Shown here one piece after another: positions 26,251 to 33,408 of a stretch of 58,268 nt of DNA. Every line of letters begins with the position of its first letter. Within the stretch, counting starts at the first letter, position 1. The notes beneath the pieces are model-generated. The model worked only from the letters and a program-made list of their open reading frames with translations. It did no database searches and was not told the DNA's origin. The stretch covers positions 1 through 58,268 of the forward strand of contig CAZAAH010000001.1 of assembly GCA_964483475.1 (NCBI GenBank), in the 5' to 3' direction. Origin of the DNA: an uncultured Candidatus Saccharibacteria bacterium (lineage in GTDB: Bacteria; Patescibacteriota; Minisyncoccia; Minisyncoccales; Staskawiczbacteraceae). Made by a program: the position numbers and the translations under genes.

Positions 26251-26553
26251 ATGAATAAAAAGTCAATTCCATTATTTGTATTAACGTTATTTTTGGTTTT
26301 ACCCTTAATAGCTAATGCAGATATAGATGTTTCAAACATCTTAACTAACATTATCAATGTACTATGGACTATATTTGATGGAATTGTAGTTATAGTATTT
26401 ATTATTGCCGGCATTAAATATTTAACGGCCAGGGGTGATCCAGGGAAAATACAGGAAGCGAATAAGGCTATCATCTGGGGATTGGTTGGAGTAGTGGTTG
26501 GAGTTTTAGCGAATTCTGCGCAAGGTCTTATTAGGAAATTTCTTAATTTGTAA
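26251..26553 (+). CDS. TrbC/VirB2-like small membrane protein, paralog 5
   Basis: I use the internal ATG at 26251 (MNKKSIPLFVL...). The loop is IAGIKYLTARGDPGKIQEANKA. Confidence 0.55.
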   Translation: MNKKSIPLFVLTLFLVLPLIANADIDVSNILTNIINVLWTIFDGIVVIVFIIAGIKYLTARGDPGKIQEANKAIIWGLVGVVVGVLANSAQGLIRKFLNL

Positions 26554-26587
26554 AATAAAATTTGACAAAATTAACTATTTAATAAAC

Positions 26588-26617
26588 AATAAAGCCCTGT
26601 TACAGGGCTTTATTGTT
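26588..26617 (+). terminator. Terminator after the pilin array
   Basis: The hairpin AAAGCCCTG-TTA-CAGGGCTTT is followed by a T-rich tail. Confidence 0.7.
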
Positions 26618-26619
26618 AT

Positions 26620-26701
26620 GCCCTCGTGGCGGAACTGGAATACGCGCTGCGCTTAGGACGCAGTCCCGCAAGGGTTAGAGGTTCGAATCCTCTCGAGGGC
26701 A
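26620..26701 (+). tRNA. tRNA-Leu(TAG)
   Basis: It reads GCCCTCG...CTGCG-CTTAGGA-CGCAG, then a long variable arm, then AGAGG-TTCGAAT-CCTCT-CGAGGGC-A. Confidence 0.9.
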
Positions 26702-26705
26702 CAAA

Positions 26706-26737
26706 TAAAAAATCTGGCCTTGTGCCAGATTTTTTAT
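26706..26737. terminator. Hairpin terminator after tRNA-Leu(TAG)
   Basis: The hairpin ATCTGGC-CTTGT-GCCAGAT is flanked by A6 and T5. Confidence 0.7.
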
Positions 26738-26740
26738 ATT

Positions 26741-26902
26741 GATCCACCCAGGACACGAACCCAAATCACCCCGTCTAGGAAAATAGTCCTTTCGCGAAGC
26801 GAAAGAGACGTAAGAAACCGTGGGTTTCTTAAACCGGGGGTCGGGGTGATTTGAAAAGGTTCAAGCGAGCACGAAGTGCCGCGGAGTCCTGCCGAGGGCA
26901 CA
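26741..26902. ncRNA. Candidate structured RNA or palindromic element of unknown class
   Basis: All helices are Watson-Crick and nested: 26749-54/26886-91, 26757-61/26858-62 and 26762-73/26842-53 (12 bp). It has hairpins at 26789-26805, 26812-26830 and 26865-26882. It is bracketed by two terminators. The strand is undetermined. Confidence 0.35.
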
Positions 26903-26938
26903 CAAAAAAAGAAAGGTTGAACAACCTTTCTTTTTTTG
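26903..26938. terminator. Bidirectional terminator (hsp20 on the minus strand, candidate RNA on the plus strand)
   Basis: The hairpin GAAAGGTTG-AA-CAACCTTTC is flanked by A7 and T7. Confidence 0.8.
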
Positions 26939-26956
26939 TGCTGATACTAAAAAATA

Positions 26957-27388
26957 TTACGCTTCCTGGCTAGCTTTTGAAACTTTTGGCATTTTAACAG
27001 TTAGGATTCCCTTATTGATTTGGGCCTCGGCTGATTTGGCATCTATGTTCTCTGGCAAAACAATCTTTTTTGAAAATGGCCCCCAGTAACATTCTTTATA
27101 AAAATAATTTTTATTGGCTGAAACATAGGGATCTGCCCGGTGGCCCTTGATGACCATCATGTCTTTTTCCACGGCAATGTCCAGATTTTTTATATCTATG
27201 CCAGCGATAGCAGCCAAAACCACGAATTCCGAATTAGTCTCAAAAACATCTACCACTAATTCCCCGTCTTGGTTAAATATGTCGTTCTTATTTTCTATTT
27301 TCTCCTCAACTGTGTTTCCGTTTATGGAAACCTTTTCTTCTTTTAATTTAACTGGCGAAGATTCTTTATTTGCTTTTTTTCTTGGCAT
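26957..27388 (-). CDS. Hsp20/alpha-crystallin small heat-shock protein
   Basis: The alpha-crystallin domain runs from DVFETNSEFVV.A.IAG....L to A.INKGILTVKMPK. Confidence 0.85.
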   Translation of the reverse strand: MPRKKANKESSPVKLKEEKVSINGNTVEEKIENKNDIFNQDGELVVDVFETNSEFVVLAAIAGIDIKNLDIAVEKDMMVIKGHRADPYVSANKNYFYKECYWGPFSKKIVLPENIDAKSAEAQINKGILTVKMPKVSKASQEA

Positions 27389-27389
27389 A

Positions 27390-27517
27390 CCCCGTTAGAA
27401 GTTATGGACAAAAATAATTTTCTAAAAATTATTTTTGCTTGCAACTTGTTAATTATTCTCTCTTACTATGGCAACCCCCAGAAGCTTTTTTATTACTAAA
27501 CCAAACTTCTAACGGGG
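27390..27517. mobile_element. MITE-like 128-bp element with 14-bp perfect TIRs and a 4-bp flanking duplication
   Basis: The TIRs are CCCCGTTAGAAGTT (27390-27403) and AACTTCTAACGGGG (27504-27517). CATA occurs at both 27386-27389 and 27518-27521. The interior is AT-rich with a 13-bp palindrome at 27409-27437. Confidence 0.5.
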
Positions 27518-27523
27518 CATAAT

Positions 27524-28294
27524 TTATTTTTTAATTTTTTTGAGATTTGAAAAATTAGGCGAAATTAAGGAAACGCTTTTTAACTTTTTAATCCTATTAA
27601 AATCAAAAATTAAGAATAGAGCCATTGTCACAATGATAGCTATGGGAATCAAAAAATTAAACGGGCTTTCTAATGTCATTATAGAAAAATTATAAAGACC
27701 GTGCAAGAAGACAGCCAATGATATTCCAGTTAAAGCCATTATTTTTTTATTTTTAAAGAAAGATACAGCCAAAAAATAACCCAGGATGCCAGAGCACAGG
27801 GTATGCAAAAAAGTAGCACCTATAAATCGAATAAAACTTACGGTGATGGTGGTTCTGATAATTTCGTCAAATGATAAACTGCCCACTGGCGAAAACAGGT
27901 AAAGAATGTTTTCCAAAGCCGCAAATCCAAGAGCCGAAATAATCATATAAAGCATAATATCTAGTGGCTCGTCCAACTCGTAGCTTTTTAAAACGATAGA
28001 TTTGACCACAAAATATTTAAAAAATTCTTCGGTTAACGCTATGATAAAAAACCATTTTAAAATATTAAAGATAAGCTGGCTTGGTATTATGAATTGAATC
28101 TGTGTCAGCAATTGGTAAAGCGCCACTTGGATAAAAAATACTGGTATTGTGACTAGCACACCACACAAAAAAATTTTAATGATCATTTTTTTGGGTTCAG
28201 GATGCAAGTCTTGCTTTAAGTAATAAAAAAGCCAGATCAAACTTGGTAAAACTCCGAAGATAATATAAAGAATTAGCCTAAAATATAGTTCCAT
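27524..28294 (-). CDS. PrsW-family intramembrane protease
   Basis: It is multi-TM and contains LTEEFFKY and FLHGLYNF. I use the ATG at 28294, one nt after the valS stop. The track start is an upstream TTG. Confidence 0.65.
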   Translation of the reverse strand: MELYFRLILYIIFGVLPSLIWLFYYLKQDLHPEPKKMIIKIFLCGVLVTIPVFFIQVALYQLLTQIQFIIPSQLIFNILKWFFIIALTEEFFKYFVVKSIVLKSYELDEPLDIMLYMIISALGFAALENILYLFSPVGSLSFDEIIRTTITVSFIRFIGATFLHTLCSGILGYFLAVSFFKNKKIMALTGISLAVFLHGLYNFSIMTLESPFNFLIPIAIIVTMALFLIFDFNRIKKLKSVSLISPNFSNLKKIKK

Positions 28295-28295
28295 A

Positions 28296-30476
28296 TTATT
28301 TTGGCCAACTTTCAACCATTAAAAGCTTCTTACTTTTAATGGGCAATTGCTGGTAAATTTCTTCTGTGATAAAGGGCATAAATGGATGCAATAATTTTAA
28401 AGACGTTGAAAGTATCTCCAGGATCATATATTGTGTTGCCTGTTTTTCTTTTTCCCCAGCCTCTGGCGCAAGCGCCCTTTTACTATCTTCTATTATCTTA
28501 TCGCAAAAAACGTGCCAAAAGTAGTGGTAAACCTTTTCTCCAGCAATGTAAAATTTATAATCATCCATTAACGCCGTGGTTTCCTTTACCAATTTTTGCA
28601 GTTCTTTTAGACATAATTTTTGGGCGCGTGAAAGCTTCGGTCGAGCGCTCGGATTGTAATCTTTCACGTTCATCAGCACAAACTTTGAAGCATTCCAAAT
28701 TTTATTGGCAAAATTTTTCATTCCTTTTATTTTATCTTCAGATATAGCCAAATCTGTTCCTGGGGCTGCTCCGAAAATCAAAGCAAATCGTAAGGCATCT
28801 GTTCCATATTTATCAGTCATAACCAAAGGATCAATAACATTCCCTAAAGACTTTGACATCTTTCTACCTTGAGAATCGCGAACTAGCCCATGTAAGTAAA
28901 CTGTGTGAAATGGTACTTTTCCTAAAAGGAAGTTGGACATCAAAATCATCCTTGCCACCCAAAAGAAAAGGATATCGTACCCAGTTTCCAAGACATCAAT
29001 AGGGTGATATGTCTTAAGGTCTTTAGTTTCTTCTGGCCATCCTAATGTTGAGAATGTCCATAGTCCAGAAGAAAACCAAGTATCTAGAGTGTCGGGAAAT
29101 TGTTTCCATGGTTCTTCGAGAGGAGGATTGTTCCCATATACATTAAGAATAATTTTTCCATTTTCATTATATTGATATTCAGCGGGAATCGAATGACCAT
29201 ACCAAATTTGCCGAGAAATATTCCAATCCCGTAAATTTTCTATCCAATTAAAGTAAGTTTTTTCAAAACGTTTAGGAATTATTTTGATTTTCCCCGATTT
29301 AACTACTTTAATCATCATTTCTTTCAATGTTTTATTTTTACCTGAAATTTTTTTATTAATGTTAATAAAAAATTGATGTCTTTTAGGTAATATTCTAATT
29401 ATTCCTCCAGAGCGTTGGGCAGTAGGTACATTTTGTTCAATTTCTTCGGGTTCTTTTATTAGTAAATTATTTTTTCTCAACCAATCTAATATAATTTTAC
29501 GAGCGTCTGCCACCTTTTTCCATTCAATTTCTTTTCCTGCCGTAGGGAGCATTTGTTCGTCTTCATTTATAACTTGAAGTTTATTTAGATCATCCTCTTC
29601 GGAAATAATATTGTGTCTTCTTGCAATATCAAAATCAATATAGCTATGTGCTGGCGTCACCCCCACCGCACCTGTACCATAATTAGGGTCTACTGCTTCA
29701 TCGCCAACAATAGTAATAACTAATTTTTTATCTAAAAAATTAACTTTATGCGTTTGACCAATGTATTTTTTATATTCACCATCAGGATGAACTGCTACTG
29801 CTACATCTCCAACTTTTGTTTCAAGTTGAGTTGTTGCGATCGGAATTGGAAATTCTTTACTATATTTGAAAGTATACAAAATAGTTTTTCGGGTTATATA
29901 CTCCACTTCATCGTCAGAAATGGTAGTTCTACCCCTTGTATCCCAATTAACTAATTGAACTTCTTTGATATATAAAAGCTTATCGTCATACATTTTTTTA
30001 AACGCTCCACGAACAGCTGTTTTCCTTGTTTCATCTAAAGTAAAAGCTAAACGAGACCAATCAAGAGAAGCCCCCATAGTTCTTAATTGTTGTATAATCG
30101 TATGCTGATTCTTCAGAGCAAATTTATTAACCAAATTTATAAATTCTTGGCGTTTCTCTATGTAGTCTCCGCGATGAATGTGTGTTTCTTTTAAGAATTT
30201 CGTTTCAGTTGCTATGGACGCATGGTCGGTACCCGGAATCCATAAAGCTTTTTTTCCGAGCATTCTCTGGTACCTTATGATTATATCTTCAATCGTCACC
30301 GTGAGTGCATGGCCGATATGTAGAGTCCCTGTTACATTCGGCGGCGGTAAAACCATGGAAAATGGCTTCTTGTGCCTCTTTGGCAGATTGTCGGGATTAA
30401 AAAAACCGCTGTCCTCCCACAGCTTGTAAATTTTATCCTCAACTTTTTTCGGATCGTAAGGCCCATCAATACTCAT
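28296..30476 (-). CDS. valS: Valine--tRNA ligase (short form, no C-terminal coiled coil)
   Basis: It contains PPPNVTGTLHIGHAL and KMSKSLGN. At 726 aa it is shorter than typical ValRS. Confidence 0.9.
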   Translation of the reverse strand: MSIDGPYDPKKVEDKIYKLWEDSGFFNPDNLPKRHKKPFSMVLPPPNVTGTLHIGHALTVTIEDIIIRYQRMLGKKALWIPGTDHASIATETKFLKETHIHRGDYIEKRQEFINLVNKFALKNQHTIIQQLRTMGASLDWSRLAFTLDETRKTAVRGAFKKMYDDKLLYIKEVQLVNWDTRGRTTISDDEVEYITRKTILYTFKYSKEFPIPIATTQLETKVGDVAVAVHPDGEYKKYIGQTHKVNFLDKKLVITIVGDEAVDPNYGTGAVGVTPAHSYIDFDIARRHNIISEEDDLNKLQVINEDEQMLPTAGKEIEWKKVADARKIILDWLRKNNLLIKEPEEIEQNVPTAQRSGGIIRILPKRHQFFININKKISGKNKTLKEMMIKVVKSGKIKIIPKRFEKTYFNWIENLRDWNISRQIWYGHSIPAEYQYNENGKIILNVYGNNPPLEEPWKQFPDTLDTWFSSGLWTFSTLGWPEETKDLKTYHPIDVLETGYDILFFWVARMILMSNFLLGKVPFHTVYLHGLVRDSQGRKMSKSLGNVIDPLVMTDKYGTDALRFALIFGAAPGTDLAISEDKIKGMKNFANKIWNASKFVLMNVKDYNPSARPKLSRAQKLCLKELQKLVKETTALMDDYKFYIAGEKVYHYFWHVFCDKIIEDSKRALAPEAGEKEKQATQYMILEILSTSLKLLHPFMPFITEEIYQQLPIKSKKLLMVESWPK

Positions 30477-30498
30477 AATTAGCTTATTTTATCACTTT

Positions 30499-31641
30499 TT
30501 AACCTACTCGTAAATTTGCGTTAGCCTTGAGCTTTTGCCAAGGCTGTTTTTTTGCTTTATCAAAATATCCTACTACCGCGATCATCAATGCGTTATCGGT
30601 TGATAAGTTTTTCGGCGGAACTAAAAAATTTATTCCTGATTCATAATTCTTAATTCTTAATTCAAGCTGCGAACGCAGTTCGCTGTTTGCCGAGACTCCT
30701 CCGCCCAAGATAATAGTTTTTACTTTAAAATTTTTGGCGGCGGCCATGGTTTTCTTCAGCAACACATCAATGATTGCCTGCTGAATTTCAACACACATTT
30801 GCTTTACAAAATCATCAGTTAATTTATTTTCTCTTGCCTTATACAAAACCGCGGTTTTTAAACCTGAAAAACTAAAGTCGTAATCTTTTGAGTTTATCAT
30901 AGGCCGTGGCAGGATTAGGTGTTGGGTATTAGGTGTTAGATGTTGGTTGGCAATACGTGCAATTTCAGGGCCACCAGGGTAGCCGAGGCCTAAAATTTTG
31001 GCGCATTTGTCAAAGCACTCACCGGCGGCGTCATCTCTCGTTTCGCCAATGATTTCATACTTCCCAATACCCTTTACCAAGATAAGTTGAGTGTGGCCTC
31101 CGCTGACCACAAGTGCCACTGCCGGAAAAATTTGTTTAGGATTTCCGTCAATTTTCTGCAGAAAATTGACGGCTATGTGTGCTTCAATGTGATTAACCGG
31201 AACCATCGGAATCTCCCAATAATAAGATAAGACTCTAGCAAAATTAACTCCAACCCAGAGGCAAGGCTCAAGCCCCGGCCCATTGGTAACCGCAATTAAA
31301 TCAACATTTGGCTTTTTATGCTTTTCCAAAAATTCTTTGACACTTTCAAAAAGAATATTTTCTTTTTCCAAAATCTTTTGAATGGTTTTCAGTTTTTCAT
31401 TGGGAATTAGGGATTGGGAATTGGGATTTAACAATTTAGCCTGTTTTAATGCTTGCATTAAAACAGGAACTAAATTGTTTTGGTGTTCTCTTTTTGCCAT
31501 CATAGGAAAAACTCCCCCGTAATTTTGGTGGATAGATTGGGACGACACGATATTTGCTAAAACTTTAAATTTTGAACCTTCAACTTGAAGAATTGCAACT
31601 GCTGTATCGTCGCACGATGTTTCAATTGCCAAAATTTTCAT
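30499..31641 (-). CDS. tsaD: tRNA N6-adenosine threonylcarbamoyltransferase TsaD
   Basis: It contains ILAIETSCDDTAVAI, NHIEAH, VSGGHTQL and FSFSGLKTA. It carries an insert of about 40 aa after the ALKQA segment. Confidence 0.9.
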   Translation of the reverse strand: MKILAIETSCDDTAVAILQVEGSKFKVLANIVSSQSIHQNYGGVFPMMAKREHQNNLVPVLMQALKQAKLLNPNSQSLIPNEKLKTIQKILEKENILFESVKEFLEKHKKPNVDLIAVTNGPGLEPCLWVGVNFARVLSYYWEIPMVPVNHIEAHIAVNFLQKIDGNPKQIFPAVALVVSGGHTQLILVKGIGKYEIIGETRDDAAGECFDKCAKILGLGYPGGPEIARIANQHLTPNTQHLILPRPMINSKDYDFSFSGLKTAVLYKARENKLTDDFVKQMCVEIQQAIIDVLLKKTMAAAKNFKVKTIILGGGVSANSELRSQLELRIKNYESGINFLVPPKNLSTDNALMIAVVGYFDKAKKQPWQKLKANANLRVG

Positions 31642-31703
31642 GCTGTCATATTATAACAACTCTTGAATTATTGCAATTTTATGGTATAAAATTATATGTA
31701 CGA

Positions 31704-31776
31704 GCCGCTATCGTCTAATGGCTCAGGACGGGACCCTTTCAAGGTCTAAATCGGGGTTCGATTCCCCGTAGCGGCA
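31704..31776 (+). tRNA. tRNA-Glu(TTC)
   Basis: It reads GCCGCTA...GGACC-CTTTCAA-GGTCT...CGGGG-TTCGATT-CCCCG-TAGCGGC-A. It ends 2 nt before the next ATG. Confidence 0.9.
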
Positions 31777-31778
31777 CA

Positions 31779-33308
31779 ATGAATAAAGAAGACTACTTGA
31801 ATATTTCAAGGGCCAACGATGTTCGGGGAGCAAAAGAAAGAATATTTTACCGTTCGCTTGAAATCTTGCCCGGGCTCATCAGTTTGGGGACTCTCGCGGG
31901 AGTCTTTGTTTTTTCGTGGCTTCTGCCTTCCGTTGCGGCGGTTTTTATCATTTGCTATTGCCTTTACTACCTTTTCAGGGTTGTTTACTTTTCCCTGCAC
32001 CAACTCATGGGGTACGTTAAGATAAAAAGTCACTTAAAAACCGATTGGACAAGGGCCCTGAACGAGTCAACCAAAGATTGGGGGCGGATTTATCACCTGG
32101 TCATCCTGCCAACCTACCAGGAGCGATCAAGCATCATCAAGGAGAGCATTGACTCCCTGCTTGCTTCAACCTACCCAAAAGAAAAAATCATGGTGGTGTT
32201 AACGGTTGAAGAAAGGGGCGGCCAAGCATTCGTAGAAGCGGCCAAGGCCATCGAAGCTGAATACAAAAACAAGTTTTTTAAGTTTGTAACCGTTGTTCAT
32301 CCGGGCAATCTGCTAGGCGAAATGGCGGGTAAGGGCTCTAACGTAGCCTACGCCGGCAGAGAGGCCAAAAAATTCATTGACGAGCTGAACATTCCCTACG
32401 AAGACATCTTGGTCTCCACCTTTGACATTGACACAAAAGTGTACCCTCAGTATTTTTCTTGCCTGACGTGGTACTACCTGACTGAAAAAAATCCTATGAT
32501 GGCCAGCTATCAGCCCATCCCGGTTTACCACAACAACGTTTGGCAGGCTTCCTTTTTTGCCAGGGTGGTTTCTTTTTCAAATACCTTTTGGCAGATGATC
32601 CAGCAGGAGAGATCGGAAAAACTGACCACCTACTCTTCTCACGCCATCCCTGCAAAAGTTTTCTTTGAGGTTGGCTATCCCTCAAATGTTGTCTGTGACG
32701 ACAGCCGAATTTTCTGGCGGGCCTACCTTTTTTATGACGGCGACTACCGAGTGGTCCCCATTTACTATTTGGTTTCCATGGACGTAGTGGACTCCCCCAA
32801 TCTTTTTAAAACCGTTATCAACCAGTATCGCCAGCAAAAGCGCTGGGCCTGGGGCTGCGCTGAAATTCCGTACGTCATCTTCGGCTTCTTGAACAATGCA
32901 AAAATTTCAATCTGGAAAAAAATTTCCCATCTCTACACCCTCATCGACGGCTACTGGTCTTGGGCAACGGCCGCCCTCATTTTATTTTTGCTCGGCTGGC
33001 TGCCGATTCTCTTGGGCGGAAAAAAATTCAACTTCACCATCCTGTCTTTTAACTTACCCATCCTGACCGGCAGGATCATGACTTTTGCCCTCCTAGGCGT
33101 ATTTGTCTCTGCCATTTTAAGCACTCTGCTGCTGCCGGCCTTCCCAAAAGGCACCAACCCCATCAGGAGGGCAACCATTGTTTTACAGTGGATATTTTTG
33201 CCCGCCATTTTAATTATCTTTGGCTCGTTTCCGGCCCTCAACGCCCAGATACACCTCATGCTCGGCGACTACATGGGTTTTTGGGTTACTGAAAAAACTC
33301 GCAAGTGA
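31779..33308 (+). CDS. Membrane-embedded family-2 glycosyltransferase (processive/cellulose-synthase-like architecture)
   Basis: It has N-terminal TM helices, a GT-A core (VILPTYQE, STFDIDT, QQKRWAWG) and C-terminal TM helices. Confidence 0.7.
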   Translation: MNKEDYLNISRANDVRGAKERIFYRSLEILPGLISLGTLAGVFVFSWLLPSVAAVFIICYCLYYLFRVVYFSLHQLMGYVKIKSHLKTDWTRALNESTKDWGRIYHLVILPTYQERSSIIKESIDSLLASTYPKEKIMVVLTVEERGGQAFVEAAKAIEAEYKNKFFKFVTVVHPGNLLGEMAGKGSNVAYAGREAKKFIDELNIPYEDILVSTFDIDTKVYPQYFSCLTWYYLTEKNPMMASYQPIPVYHNNVWQASFFARVVSFSNTFWQMIQQERSEKLTTYSSHAIPAKVFFEVGYPSNVVCDDSRIFWRAYLFYDGDYRVVPIYYLVSMDVVDSPNLFKTVINQYRQQKRWAWGCAEIPYVIFGFLNNAKISIWKKISHLYTLIDGYWSWATAALILFLLGWLPILLGGKKFNFTILSFNLPILTGRIMTFALLGVFVSAILSTLLLPAFPKGTNPIRRATIVLQWIFLPAILIIFGSFPALNAQIHLMLGDYMGFWVTEKTRK

Positions 33309-33326
33309 TTTTCAGTAACCCAAAAA
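33278..33326. repeat. Perfect 18-bp inverted repeat spanning the glycosyltransferase stop codon
   Basis: TTTTTGGGTTACTGAAAA (33278-33295) pairs with TTTTCAGTAACCCAAAAA (33309-33326). The loop is 13 nt. Confidence 0.8.
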
Positions 33327-33408
33327 CACACAGATGGGGTCGGGAAGATTGGGTATCTTCCCGTGTAGGAAATTATTCAAAACCGAGGGTTTTGAAGGAG
33401 CGAATGAA

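Noticed and set aside
27389-27523. A CIRCE/HrcA operator or sigma-32-type promoter upstream of hsp20.
   Set aside because: There is no TTAGCACTC-N9-GAGTGCTAA-like sequence and no CTTGAA...CCCCAT pair at proper spacing. The CCCCGT strings belong to the terminal inverted repeats of the inserted element.
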